DNA of 62,218 bases, counting the filler, from Leptolyngbyaceae cyanobacterium (GTDB taxonomy: Bacteria > Cyanobacteriota > Cyanobacteriia > Leptolyngbyales > Leptolyngbyaceae): assembly GCA_046080785.1 (NCBI GenBank). It is 8 parts of 8 records of this genome, joined end to end, with 100 filler letters (N's around TTAATTAATTAA, not from the genome) between each part and the next. Parts side by side here need not be neighbours in the genome. Positions count along the whole stretch, not along the records: positions 59,667 to 62,218 come from JBJTUO010000242.1; 7 more parts are not named here. One strand, written 5' to 3'. The notes beneath the pieces are model-generated. The model did not search any database. It had not been told where the DNA came from and saw only the letters and a program-made list of their open reading frames with translations. Shown here piece by piece: positions 62,079 through 62,218 of this stretch (the first letter of the stretch is position 1; each line of letters starts with the position of its first letter). The position numbers and the translations under genes are program-made.

Positions 62079-62218
62079 TAGGACTTACGCATTGACAGAA
62101 GTAGTGTGATGTGGTCAAGAGCCTTAAATCGGTTTTGGGAGATTTTCTTGGATGAACTGACGGATCACCGGGATAAATAACTGTCTTGACACCTGATAGA
62201 AGTTGTCAATCAAGCCCT
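62079..62218 (-). mobile_element. Second copy of the IS right end seen at 23393
   Basis: Reverse complement identical to 23393-23530. Confidence 0.85.

Overview
Draft cyanobacterial genome window, judged from abundant HIP1 GCGATCGC sites and photosynthesis genes. It consists of 8 contigs joined by 7 artificial 100-nt N/TTAATTAATTAA linkers, so adjacency across gaps is unproven. Core genes include bchH, tyrS, a class A PBP, a Fur/PerR regulator, aldehyde dehydrogenase, codA, cpcT, thrC, fabI, ntcA, ligA, rubA-ycf48-psbEFLJ, a GH57, pilT, cyAbrB, glgP and znuA. Accessory content falls into three groups. (i) A defence island starts at a duplicated tRNA-Val(GAC) 3' half (13343-13389). It carries a Panacea/DUF4065 toxin-antitoxin-like pair, an XRE-ImmA/PIN pair and the DUF1156 methyltransferase plus PLD-SNF2 helicase genes of a restriction-like system. 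(ii) Many nested IS remnants are present: ISL3 inside IS630, ISKra4 inside a MITE, and a REP-carrying MITE inside a dead tnpB. (iii) An IS110 left end has a readable bridge-RNA architecture and sits at a CT core inside a 12-nt sequence identical to the terminus of an IS200/IS605 (TnpB) right end that is found uninterrupted elsewhere in the window. The third observation is the most striking.
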